From NCBI RefSeq assembly GCF_009914755.1, contig NC_060928.1: a DNA stretch of 64,000 nt; one strand, given 5' to 3'. The DNA comes from the human T2T-CHM13v2.0 reference genome, Homo sapiens. A model generated the notes under the pieces. That model saw only the letters and a program-made list of their open reading frames with translations. It was not told where the DNA came from and searched no databases. The translations under genes were made by a program, and so were the position numbers. Positions 26,839 to 37,820 of the stretch are shown piece after piece. Numbering within the stretch: position 1 is the first letter of the stretch; every line of letters begins with the position of its first letter.

Positions 26839-28416
26839 TGGGATATATTTTAAATGTAAAAGTTTCTCTTTCTAAATTGTAGGTTAACTTATAACAGTCT
26901 TTGACATCTGGAAAATGAAAAGTAAACACCTGCAGTTCTCCAGTAGCAGCTATATGTTACATGACAAAAATGAGACACCATGAGATGCTATTAAAATATT
27001 TTGCTTTTGTCCTTGTTCCTCTTATTTGGGCATTGCATGATTCTCGTAATACATGTCAGGGCTGGTATAAGAAAGTGAAACTGTAGTGAACTCACAAAAA
27101 CAAATGAGAGAAGAACACAAATACAAAGTACTGGACATTGACAAGAGCTGAAGGGTAGAAGCTGTGAAGGGATGAATGAAAGACAGACAAATGATTGTCC
27201 AAGTACTTATTGAGGCAAACATTTGGTACATAATTTGTTTTTGATACAACTGTAATGAATGTCATTCTTCTCTATGGAACAGCACGCCAAATCTTTAGCA
27301 CATCGCTGCTTGGTGCCCAGTGGGCAGCAAATGCCCAATTGCCAATGCCACTTTTTAGCGCATGTTCATCTGCAGGATATTAAACAGATTGCCATCCTTT
27401 TGATGTTTGTGAATACGAGTAGTAAATACCATATGATATGACTCAATGAATTTGTTTCAGAAAAAAATAAAAAGACAAAGACGAGAATGGAGAAGGGAAA
27501 AGACGGAGACAAACAGGAGAAGGAGAAGGAAATTTCCTTCTTTCTTTGATAGGAAGGGATGAACTGGCAAATCTGAAAGGAAACAAATGTTACGGAAGTT
27601 AGTAACAAGCTTTGTATCTAGAAAAGAATGATACACCTGCCAGTTCACTTGCCAATTTCTGGCACATTTTGTGACTAAAGAAATGATTCCCCAGAGAATC
27701 TGTAAACAATTTTTTTTTCCGGGAATAGAAAATCATGAGTGAACAGAGAATTATTTCATTATAGTTCAGAATCTTCCAGAATGTGTCTGCCTTAATGGGC
27801 CATAGAATTTGTATGCGTGTATGAGTATGTAAATGTGCCCCAAATTATTCATTGGTCAAGACATTACTTAAGTTTCATAAGAAGTCTAATAAATGGTTAT
27901 TATTACCTTCACTTTCATCTTTTAGATAGTAGGTATAGGTAGATGTAGTCCAAGAAAAGCACTATCAATTGGGTGAAATTAAAGGAACATTAGAAATCTA
28001 AAAACTTTTTTTCTAATCTTTCTTTCAACATGTTTTAATGACATCTAGTAAGTGACTTAAAATTTTCACCTACTTCATTGTATTAGATGATGTTGGATTA
28101 GACGGTCTCTTGAGCCTTACCTAACTACAACCTCTTCTTGCACATGAATGTAGTCTTGGAGTTTTCTTTGAGAAGACTATTTTTGAGAATACCAAACTCT
28201 ACAGAACGAATCCTATTCCCCAGATGAATCATCTCCTAAATGCTAACGCTATAACTTTTTTGGATTGTGAAGATGATTTTCTTGTTATTTTCCTCAATGT
28301 TGTTAATTATAAAACCGAGCTAATGGTAAATATCTATGACCTATTTGAAATAGAATGTGGAAGAAGTGACCAGTTGATTCAGTGACGTGCACTTGAGGCC
28401 AGACAAACTTTTTCTC

Positions 28417-28497
28417 AGAGGAGAGAGAGAGCAGAGAGAGAGAGAAAGAGAGAGAGAGCGAGCGAGCAGAGAGAGAGCAGAGAGAGAGAGAGAGAGA
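28417..28497. repeat. Compound (GA)n/(GAGC)n microsatellite
   Basis: Directly visible purine-rich tract. Confidence 0.9.
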
Positions 28498-30544
28498 ACC
28501 TAATTAAAGATTCTTTCCCAGGTTGTCTATTCATCCCCTGCTCTGGTCACATTGCTGAGGCCCACAAAGGTGGAAGCAGGGAGGTGCAATTAAGCATATT
28601 GTCTACCTCTGTTTGGAGAAAAATCTAAACAAAATAGAGTTATCATTATTTGTAGTTACTAGAACATTTTTGTCCTGGTTTTGCTCAACTCTGTTTCAAA
28701 GCTACTGGTATAGACAGTATAGTGTTTCCTTACTATTTTTGGCATTATAAATATTTTCCAAACTTGACTTTCCTATGACACTTGAAAAACATATTCTAAT
28801 AACTGAATATAAGAAAGGTTTGTTAGTTTTTGTAACGGTAAACTGAATTTCATAGGTAGTTTAATATGAGATTAACACTACAGTCTTACCACCTTCTGTT
28901 TTTTTTTCCCACCAAAGGTCAAGGCCTTCTCTTGTTTTCTTTTCTAAAATAAATCATTTTGTTGAGGGCTGATATGATAATGAAGTATAATGTATGCTAA
29001 ACACATAGAGAACAAGGATCACATGCAATTTCTCCAAGCCTCGAATAAATTGAGCTGTAAAGGTTGTTGATGGAAACGATGGGGGCTATTTAAATATTAA
29101 GTTTATTAAGTTTATTCATTTTGTATTGATTGAAACAATCAGAATATAGACAGACTATAGAGCTGTCATTTCAGTGGGAGGTTAAAGTAGGTGACTTACT
29201 GAGATGGTATTGTATTTATTCTAGACTTTGCTGGAAGATTACCCTAGGGGATCTTATTAGTTCACAAGATTTAAAAAAAGGCATGAAAGCAAATTTTCCA
29301 TATAGAGCAGTCATAGAGTTGGTACATAATTTCCCACCAAAATGAGGATTGTATAATGTAACATTTAGACTCACGCATTGAGAACGAGGGCTTACCATGA
29401 GTGAAACAATAGGTTCCTTGGTAGATTATGAATATTAATATCAAAATGATAATATAAGCACCAGACATCACACACAAACAGATAATAATTCAGATTCTGA
29501 GTAGGGTGGGGAGGGGGAGATGCTTATCTCTCTCAGTGCAGTGTATATGGTTTCCATTCCCAGAGCTCAGTTAGGAATGATCTAGCTGTTTAGTGCTGCT
29601 TCTACATTTATATCACATGAGGTGTTTTTAATTAGATTTAATAATACATCTGTCTTCTCTTCGGATACCTTTAACATTTCTTTCCCTTCCTCACCTTGTT
29701 TCTCTTTTCTTCTTCTCCTCTCTCTCTCTTTCTCTTCCTGTCCTCCAACTTTTTCTCTCTCTCACTATTCTTTCTTACTGTCCTCCTCCCCTCCCAGCCA
29801 CAACTTAAATTTACAAAATGGCTTCTCGGAAAATAGCATCAGAATTAGGTGCTTTTCTTTCTCCTGGTTAGTGTTCCAGCTCATGCTCTCTCACTCGCAC
29901 ATATGCCTGACATTAAATGATGACTTGCTGTTTCATAACATGCATGCAGTGAGACCCCATCATCATAATTTCACCATGTAGTTCTGCTTAGTGGCAATAT
30001 AGAGAAATTATTAATTAGATAATTTTATAATAAAATACACAGAAGCTCCTTTATAGCCTTGGGGTAAAGTATTGTAATTTACCAATATCCTATGAGTTAA
30101 GTTAAGAAAATGAGGCTTTTAAAGGCAAAGATACCTAAAAAAGATAAGCTGATAAGCACAGGAATGTGCATATGGAAGGAGTGAGAGTGAGATGCTGAGT
30201 TTGAGGACTTTTATTTCTGATTTTCTTATGACATCTTTGTTTGTAACTCTTCATAAGGTCCTTTGGAATAGGTCCCAGAAGGAGAATTATGACCGGATAG
30301 AATGAAATGAGAAATTAATTTGTTTTAAATGATTGTAGACATTATCATGTACTTCTCCAGCCTAATCACACAAATGACTTCAAATAGAGCTCACAGACCT
30401 GCTAGAGAGGAACTGGTACACCCCATGCTAGCTCACTGCAGACTCAGTGAGGATACATCAGTATGCATAATAAAGAGCAGAGATTAAGCTACTTGAATAA
30501 ACTTTGGCTATATTCCTTAAGAGTTTGAAGATAATTTTCTCCTT

Positions 30545-33305
30545 TTAAAAATAGTTTTACTGAGGTATTATTGACTGCAAATATTTAAAGTGTTTGATTT
30601 GATTAATTTTGACATATGTATTTATCCTCCAAACCACCGCAATAATTACTATAATAAATATATTATTCACCCCCCAAATTTTCTTCGTGCCCCTTTAAAA
30701 TCATGCCTCCTAAGCCTTCCTGCCAGTTTCTCATCACCCCTCTCCCAGCTCCCAGGCAGCTACTGATCTGCTTTCTGACACTGTACAATACTTTGAATTT
30801 TCTAGAATCTTCTAAGGACAGGATCATACTATACTCTTTTCGTCTGGCTTATTTCCTTTAATTATTTTGAAATTCAACTATGTTATAGTGTTTATCAATA
30901 GTTCATTTCTTTTTGTTACTAAATAGTATCCCATTGTGTGGATATATCATAGTTTGTTTATCTTTCTACCCGTTGGTGGCCATTTGAGTTGTAAACAACT
31001 TTTGGCCATAATAAGTCCTGTGAACAAGTCTTTGTATGGACATATGTTCTCATTTCTCTTGGGTAAATACCTAGGATCATATGTATATTTAATTTTTGAA
31101 GAAATTCTCAAACTGTTTTCCAAAGTGCTTACACTATTTTATATTTTCACAAGAAACATGAAAGGCAAGTTCTTCTACATCTTTACTAGCATTTGGTAGA
31201 GGCACTCTTTTTTTGTTTGTTTTGTTTTTTAGGTATTCTGGTTACTGTGTAGTTTCTATCTCATGTAGTTTTTCTTTTTTAGTTTGTTAATCTGGTGAAG
31301 TACATTGAGTCTTCTAATTATGCTGACTCATTATCCTATTGTTACATTCCCTCACTTGGTCATGATGTATTATTCTTTTCAAATATTGATAAACTAATTT
31401 GCTAAAATTTTGTTCAGAATTTTTGCATCCATGTTTATGACAGATATTGGTCCACAGTTGTTTTTTCTTGTAACATCTTCTTTTCCTGGTGTTGGAACCA
31501 GGATAATGCGATAAACCTGGCCTCATGGAATGAGTTTGAGAACATTCCCTTCTTTACAGTCTTCTGGAAAAATTTGTGTAGGATAGGCATTATTTCTTCC
31601 TTATAAGTGTGAAAGAAGCCACTTGAGCTTGAGGTTTTCTTTGTAAGGGGGGTTTTAAGCTAGAAATTCAATATTTTTAAGAGATATAGAGCCATTCTGG
31701 TTATCTATATTTTCCTGAGTTTAAGAAGTTTGTGTTTTCCAATGAATTTGTTCATCTTATCCAAGTCATCAAATTTACTGGCATAAGGTTTTCATAATAT
31801 TTCTATATTCTCATTTTACTATCCTTAATATCCTACAGGACCTGTAGTAGTAATGTCAATCTCATTCCTGATATGGATAATTTTTGTCTTCTCTCCTTTT
31901 TTTCTAGTAACGGAGGCTAAAAGTTTATCATATTCACACTCTGAAAGAACAAACTTTTGGTTATATCAATTTTGCCATTTTGTCATTGTTTTCTATTTTC
32001 TATATCTGTTTTGTATCTTCTTTAGAATTAATTGATTACTACTGCTCTCATCTTTACTATTTCTTTACTTCTTCTATTTAGCTTGGGCTTAATTTATTAC
32101 TCCATTTCTCGTTTCTTAAGGTAGAAGCAGAGGTTAGTGATTTAAGACCTTTTCTCCCTTCTAATACAGGCATTTAGTTCTATAAAATTCTTCTAAAGTA
32201 CTGCTTTAACAATCTCTCATAAATTTTAATATGTTGTGCTTTCATTTTCACTCAATTCCAGATACTTTCTATTTTCCCTCTTTATCTCTTTAACTTATCA
32301 ATTATTTTAAAGTTTGTTACTTAGTTTTCAAATGTTTGGGGACTTTTCTAAAGATTTTTCTAGTGTCGATGTATAATTCTAATGTGCTCAGACACCATAC
32401 TTTGTAAGAAATCTTTTTTAATTTTTTGAGGCTTGCTTTTTGGCCTCTATATGGTCAATCTTGGTAAATATTCACTGTGCACTTGAAAAGAATATGTATT
32501 CTCCTATTGTTGGGTGGCATTTTCCATAAATGTCAGTTAAGTCATGTTGTTTGATAGTGTTGTTAAAATCCATATCTTAGTAAACTTAACTACTTTTTCT
32601 ATCAAATATTGAGGAAGAGGTATTGAAATATCTTCCTGTTATTGCACAACTTTTTATTTTTCCTTTCAGTTCTATAAGATTTTATGTATTTTGAAGCTCC
32701 ATCATGAGGTGCATAAATATTTAGAATTGTTATGTCCTCTTGAATTTACCCCATTATCATTGCAAATGATCTTATCACTTTTAATATTCTTTGTTTTGAA
32801 ATTTACTTTCTGATATTTCTTTTTTATTATTATTAACTTGGTATATCCATTTTCTATCATTTTACTTTTGACCTTTTTTTCTTATGTGTAAAGTATGTTT
32901 CTTGGAGGCAGTGTATATTTTGGTTTTATTTTTTAAATCTGACAAGTTTCCTTTTTAATTGGGGTAATCAAATCATTTACATTTAATGTGCTTGTTGGTA
33001 TGGTTAGGGTTAAATGTATTTTCCTACCTTTTCTTTGTTCCTCATCTGTTTTGTATCTTCTTTAGAATTGAATATTTTAGTAGTTCTAGTGCATATTTTT
33101 AATATAACATTTTGTTATTTCAGGATTTATAGTATATATCTTTCATTATCACTATAACTTCAAGTGATACATCATTTTCCACACAGTATATGAGTCTCAA
33201 ACTACTACACCTTCATTTATCCTCTTCTTTGCTATTGTTTTCTTTTAGACATGCTTGCATTTCATACTATATTATTATTTTTGTTTGAACAGTCATTTGT
33301 TTTTT
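30545..33305 (-). mobile_element. L1MC/MD-type LINE-1, 3' portion (left of GK2)
   Basis: Antisense L1 3' UTR and ORF2 remnants (31314-31526, RIIHHDQV). Confidence 0.85.
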
Positions 33306-34147
33306 CCTACTTGAAAGCAATATTTTCTGAAATATTCCAGTGTTTTTTCCCAGCATATATCCAGCTAATATATTAAATAAAAGAGTAAGTTATAAGAAAT
33401 TTGGTGCAATCATAATATACTTTTTGTAGCAGCATAAAACATATTTAACTTTTAAATACTGCCTTTGTAGGTTTCTCCTGATAAATAATATGTATACACA
33501 TTCCCCAAAATGTATATAGCTGTTTACCTTAAAGTATTTAGGACCATCCATGTTATAATCTACTGACTACAATGTACTTTCAACTTATAAATGAGCTACT
33601 CTATATGATATAGACATGATATAAAAAAGGGAAATAGTGTCCCTGTCCCTCTAGGATTCACACAATAATTCAGTAAAATAGTAATTAATGAGACCATGTA
33701 AATTGTCTAATAAATTTCAATTTGGCAAATATTTTTCAGGAAAATATCTAAGCTATGAGAATACTAAATTTCTATTGTAAGAATTTAGCAAATATTTCCA
33801 TTAAACATTCAGTTAAGATGTAGTCTCTCTAATATGTAGAAAGGAGGACTTGTAGCCTATTAAAAACAAGAATAACAATGACAAAAAGTCCCTTAATTTT
33901 AGCAGATTAATTACACCTCTTAATCAAGTGTGTGTAACACAAAGAACCAAATCTGGGTCCATAAGTGTTAGAGGATAGTTGATAAAAAGATTCCATGAAT
34001 AGAATCTGAATAGCCTATGTTTTAGAAAGAATGGGGCAGAATGTTATGGCAATGGAGGGGGCCAGCCTTCAAGATGGCTGGCCCAACCCTGTCGATGTTA
34101 AAAAAAACACACCCAATATTTCTACAGTGCTCTTCTAACGTATTTTC

Positions 34148-34153
34148 TTTATT
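34148..34153 (-). terminator. Likely GK2 polyadenylation signal AATAAA
   Basis: Plus-strand TTTATT at 34148-34153 is the first canonical hexamer downstream of the stop codon, about 155 nt away. Confidence 0.6.
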
Positions 34154-34308
34154 TCAGGTCACAAGTCTAGGGTTTTCATGGGTCATGTAGCAAGTGGTTT
34201 ATAAACAAAATCAGAGTCTATAATAGTGTCATTATATTAAGAGGCAGAACTGCTATATGCTTTCATTATGTAAAATGTTTACATCTTGGGACTCCATAGC
34301 TGGTATTA

Positions 34309-35970
34309 TTATGGCACACCCGAGATATATCTTGCTCCAATTAGCATTACCATGCTACTCACTATAAAAAATCCCAAAGGCAGACTAGAGAAGATAGAAG
34401 GATCACCACCTTCAGGAGACTGACTGGTAACCCAACCCATTGACTTCATTACGGCTTTCTTCCATGTGGCATAACGAATTTCACTTTCTGTGGCCTGGAT
34501 CTGTGGTTCAAATCGTTCCATCCTGAGAACTGACAAAGCCTGGGGTTCAAGGCTCCAAACGCTTACTCCCTCTGCAGCCCCTGCTGCCATGGCAGCTCCT
34601 AGTGCAGTTGTTTCAGGCATAAAGGGTTTTATTACTGGAATATGAAGAATATCTGCTTGTAGCTGCATAAGAACTTTGTTGTTGGTCATTCCTCCATCTA
34701 CCTGCAAATGACGAAGTGGAATTCCACAGTCACGGTTCATGGCTTCCAAAATCTCTCGGGTTTGGAAACAAACAGCTTCTAATGCAGCAAAAGCAATATG
34801 ACATTTATTGGTAAACTGAGTGAGGCCACAGAGTATCCCTCTTGCACTGGGCTCCCAATAAGGTGCATATAACCCTGAAAAGGCTGGGACAAAGTAACAG
34901 CCATAAGAAGTTCCTACTTCTTTAGCAAGTCTTTCAATGTCTCCTGAGGTCTCTATAATTCCAAGATTGTCTCTTAGCCAACGAATAACAGCACCTGCTA
35001 TAGCAACAGAACCTTCCAGTGCATAATATGCTGGCTTCTCTCTGCCTAGTTTGTAAGCTACTGTGGTCAAAAGGCCATGTTCAGAAAACACACATTTACG
35101 ACCCGTATTACACAGTAAGAAGCAACCTGTTCCATAGGTGTTTTTGGCTTGTCCCTCCTGGAAGCACATTTGTCCTACTAATGCAGCACATTGGTCCCCC
35201 AAACACCCAGATATTGGCACACCTTCCAGGGCTCCAGTTTTAATTAGGCCATAGATCTCAGAAGAACTGAAGACATTTGGAAGAAGGTCCATTGGAATTT
35301 CAAAAAAGTCACAGAGCTCTTTATCCCATTCCAAAGAATGGATATTAAAAAGCATTGTCCTACTTGCATTTGTTACATCTGTACAATGCACGCCTCCATT
35401 AACTCCTCCTGTCAAACTCCAGATAAGCCATGAATCAATGGTACCAAAAAGAGCTCTACCTTCTTCAACAGCCTTTTGGACGTTTCTCACATTGTCAAGC
35501 ATCCAACGAAGTTTTACTGCACTGAAGTAAGTGCTGAGTGGAAGGCCTGTCTTAGACTTGACGAAGTTACTATTTCCTGGAATTTTTTTACTAAGATCCT
35601 CAACAGTAGTCTGGGTTCTTAGATCAAGCCACACCACAGCATTGTAGAGAGGCTCTCCTGTTAACTTGTCCCAGATTACAGTGGTTTCCCTCTGATTGCT
35701 GACACCAACAGCTTTTATGTTGGATATATCAATATTCAGTTCGTCAAGTTTCTCACACGTTCTCGCTATACACTCGTAGACAGACTGAAGAATTTCTTTA
35801 GGGTCTTGTTCCACCCATCCTTCTTTTGGGAACTCTTGTGTTAATTCCACTTTGTGATGACTAAGTAGTTCCGCTGTTTTTGAATTGAAAACCAGAAAGC
35901 GAGTGGAGTTGGTGCCCTGGACCACCGCTCCCACCAACGGCCCCACAGCTGCTGTCTTTGGGGCTGCCAT
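34309..35970 (-). CDS. GK2: Glycerol kinase 2, testis-type intronless retrogene of X-linked GK, 553 aa
   Basis: Single uninterrupted ORF from [25 protein letters not shown] to [12 protein letters not shown]/glycerol kinase motifs EQDP, NQRETT, TNASRT, GDQ, KNTYGTG, LEGS and VDGG are present. The ATG at 35970 is in a good Kozak context (GTCATGG). The ORF-track start at 36018 is a GTG. Confidence 0.97.
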   Translation of the reverse strand: MAAPKTAAVGPLVGAVVQGTNSTRFLVFNSKTAELLSHHKVELTQEFPKEGWVEQDPKEILQSVYECIARTCEKLDELNIDISNIKAVGVSNQRETTVIWDKLTGEPLYNAVVWLDLRTQTTVEDLSKKIPGNSNFVKSKTGLPLSTYFSAVKLRWMLDNVRNVQKAVEEGRALFGTIDSWLIWSLTGGVNGGVHCTDVTNASRTMLFNIHSLEWDKELCDFFEIPMDLLPNVFSSSEIYGLIKTGALEGVPISGCLGDQCAALVGQMCFQEGQAKNTYGTGCFLLCNTGRKCVFSEHGLLTTVAYKLGREKPAYYALEGSVAIAGAVIRWLRDNLGIIETSGDIERLAKEVGTSYGCYFVPAFSGLYAPYWEPSARGILCGLTQFTNKCHIAFAALEAVCFQTREILEAMNRDCGIPLRHLQVDGGMTNNKVLMQLQADILHIPVIKPFMPETTALGAAMAAGAAEGVSVWSLEPQALSVLRMERFEPQIQATESEIRYATWKKAVMKSMGWVTSQSPEGGDPSIFSSLPLGFFIVSSMVMLIGARYISGVP

Positions 35971-36144
35971 GACACCAGTAGGTCGGCTCAGCAGCTCTGG
36001 GACCGTTTCCCAGGCCACGGCGGTGTTGGGGGCAGGGAGCGCAGCCAGTCAGGAGCACAAGGCGCAGGCGCAAGGCAACCTTTGCCCTTTAACTGGCGCG
36101 GCGCCTTCTCACCCCACTCCTCCAGCCCAGGCTTCACCTCCAGC
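35971..36144 (-). promoter_or_regulatory. GC/CpG-rich GK2 5' UTR and proximal promoter
   Basis: Abrupt GC/CpG-rich patch in an AT-rich window. It contains NRF1-like GCGCAGGCGCA (36062-36072), an RFX half-site GGCAAC (36074-36079) and MYB-like TAACTG (36090-36095). Confidence 0.6.
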
Positions 36145-37820
36145 CACTCAGTTGTCTTCTAAGATTTAATTTTTTTTTTTAAATCATATATTTATCCATG
36201 TAATTACAGTTACCGGCGTTCACTCTTTTGTGTGGATCTATATCTCTACGTTATCATTTTCCTTCTTAATAGTGCAGGTCTGCTGGAGATGAATTCTTCC
36301 AAATTTGAACATCTGAAATATATTTCATAGTAATATTCAAAGGTATTTTCTCGGGGTATAGAATTCTATTTGACATATTTTTTCTTTTTAAGTTTCAGGA
36401 CCTTGGAGCTGTTGCTCTACCTTCGTCTCTCTTGCTGTTTCAGGTGGAACTTTGCTATTATTTTTAACATGTCTATTTTTCTCTATCTTTAGGGTTTTGC
36501 TCTTTATCAGTGGTTTTGCCCAGTTTTATCATGAAGTGTCTTGGAATAGTTTTCTTATTTTCTTTGCTTGGGGTTTACTGAGCTACTTGAATCTGTAGGT
36601 TTACAGGTTTCATCGACTTTGAAAAGCTTTGGGCCCATTATTTCTTCAAATGTGTTTTATTCTGTCTCTTCTATCCCTTAGGGACTCCATTGATGCCCTA
36701 CTCATTATAATTACCTTTTCTCCTTGTCCTTGATTTCAGATAGTTTCTGTTGCTCTCTCTTCAAGTTCACTAATCTTTTCTTCTCCAATGTCTGCTCTGC
36801 TATTAATTCATCCAGTACATTTTTCACCTCACATATTGTAGTGTTCATCCCTAGAAGCTCAATTTGGGTTTTTTAATATCTACTTAACTTTCTGAACACA
36901 TGGAATACAGTTAGAATAACTTTTAATTTCATTTTCTGCAATTCTAACCTCTGTGTCAGTTCTGGTTCGGTTTTGATTGATTGCTTATCTCCTCATTATG
37001 GCTTGTATTTCCTGTTTCTTTGCATGCCTGATAAGTTTTAATTAGATGCCAAACATTGTGACTTTTACCTGACTGGGTGCTTGATATTTTTGTATCCCTA
37101 TAAATGGTCTTGAGTTTTGTTTTGGGATGCAGATAAATTACTTGGAAACAGTTCAATTCTTTTGCGTCTGCTTTTAAGATTTCTTAGATGGCACAAGGAT
37201 AGTACTCAGTCTGGGGCTAATTCTTCCTCTTTACTGTGAAGAGATCTTTCTATGTACTCTACCCAACACCCCTGACAAATGAGGCTGTTTGGAACAGTAA
37301 TTCCTCCCAGCCCTGAGTGACCACTGGATACTGTTATCTCTAGTCTTTCCAGGTGCATATTTCGTTAGCCTCAGTAGTTTTCTCCTATACATGCACTGAT
37401 CAATACCCAACTGAATACTCACTGGGGGACCCTCTAAAGCTCTCTGGAGTTCTCTCTCTATGCAACTCTTTTTTCTCCAGTGCTATGCCTGGCAGAGTCT
37501 AGCTTCTTTGGTTTCTCTAGGCTCTCAGCCTAATCTCCTTGCCATAGGTTTCCACTGAGTTTCAATTGGGTTCCCTGTCTGTGCTGTTGCTTCAAAACTC
37601 TCTCAAGAAACTAAGCTGGGGAAATCATAGTAGTCATGTCACTTGTTTTTAATCTCTTAGAAATTACTGCCTTTCATTCCGTGATATCCAGCATTTTGTG
37701 AACTGTTGTTTTATATTTTGCACATTATGTGAACTATTTCATCTATTTTTTCCATTTTTGATTGTTTTAGATGAAAAGGTAACTCCAATCCTTTTTACTA
37801 CATCTTGGCCAGAGTGGAAT
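36145..37820 (-). mobile_element. L1MC/MD-type LINE-1, 5' portion (right of GK2)
   Basis: tagtgcaggtctgctggagatgaattct, gggtttactgagctacttgaatctgtagg and tcttcaagttcactaatcttttc. It continues the left piece. Confidence 0.8.

Larger units (their letters stand above)
33306..36144 (-). other. Full extent of the GK retrocopy insertion (5' leader/promoter, CDS and about 1 kb of presumed parental 3' UTR)
   Basis: A non-L1 block interrupts a colinear L1M element. It is flanked by similar 16-mers at 33290-33305 and 36145-36160 (12/16 identical). Confidence 0.6.

Noticed and set aside
29622-29981. 119-aa Ser/Phe/Leu-rich ORF
   Set aside because: It is a translation of a low-complexity polypyrimidine tract.
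35971-36018. 569-aa ORF start as the primary GK2 start
   Set aside because: The start codon is GTG, and homology to GK begins at the ATG at 35970. It is kept only as a possible minor non-AUG start.
35861-36169. Overlapping ORFs (94 aa plus, 70 aa minus) at the GK2 5' end
   Set aside because: Both begin at non-ATG codons, show no recognisable domain, and are expected by-products of GC-rich sequence overlapping a real CDS.
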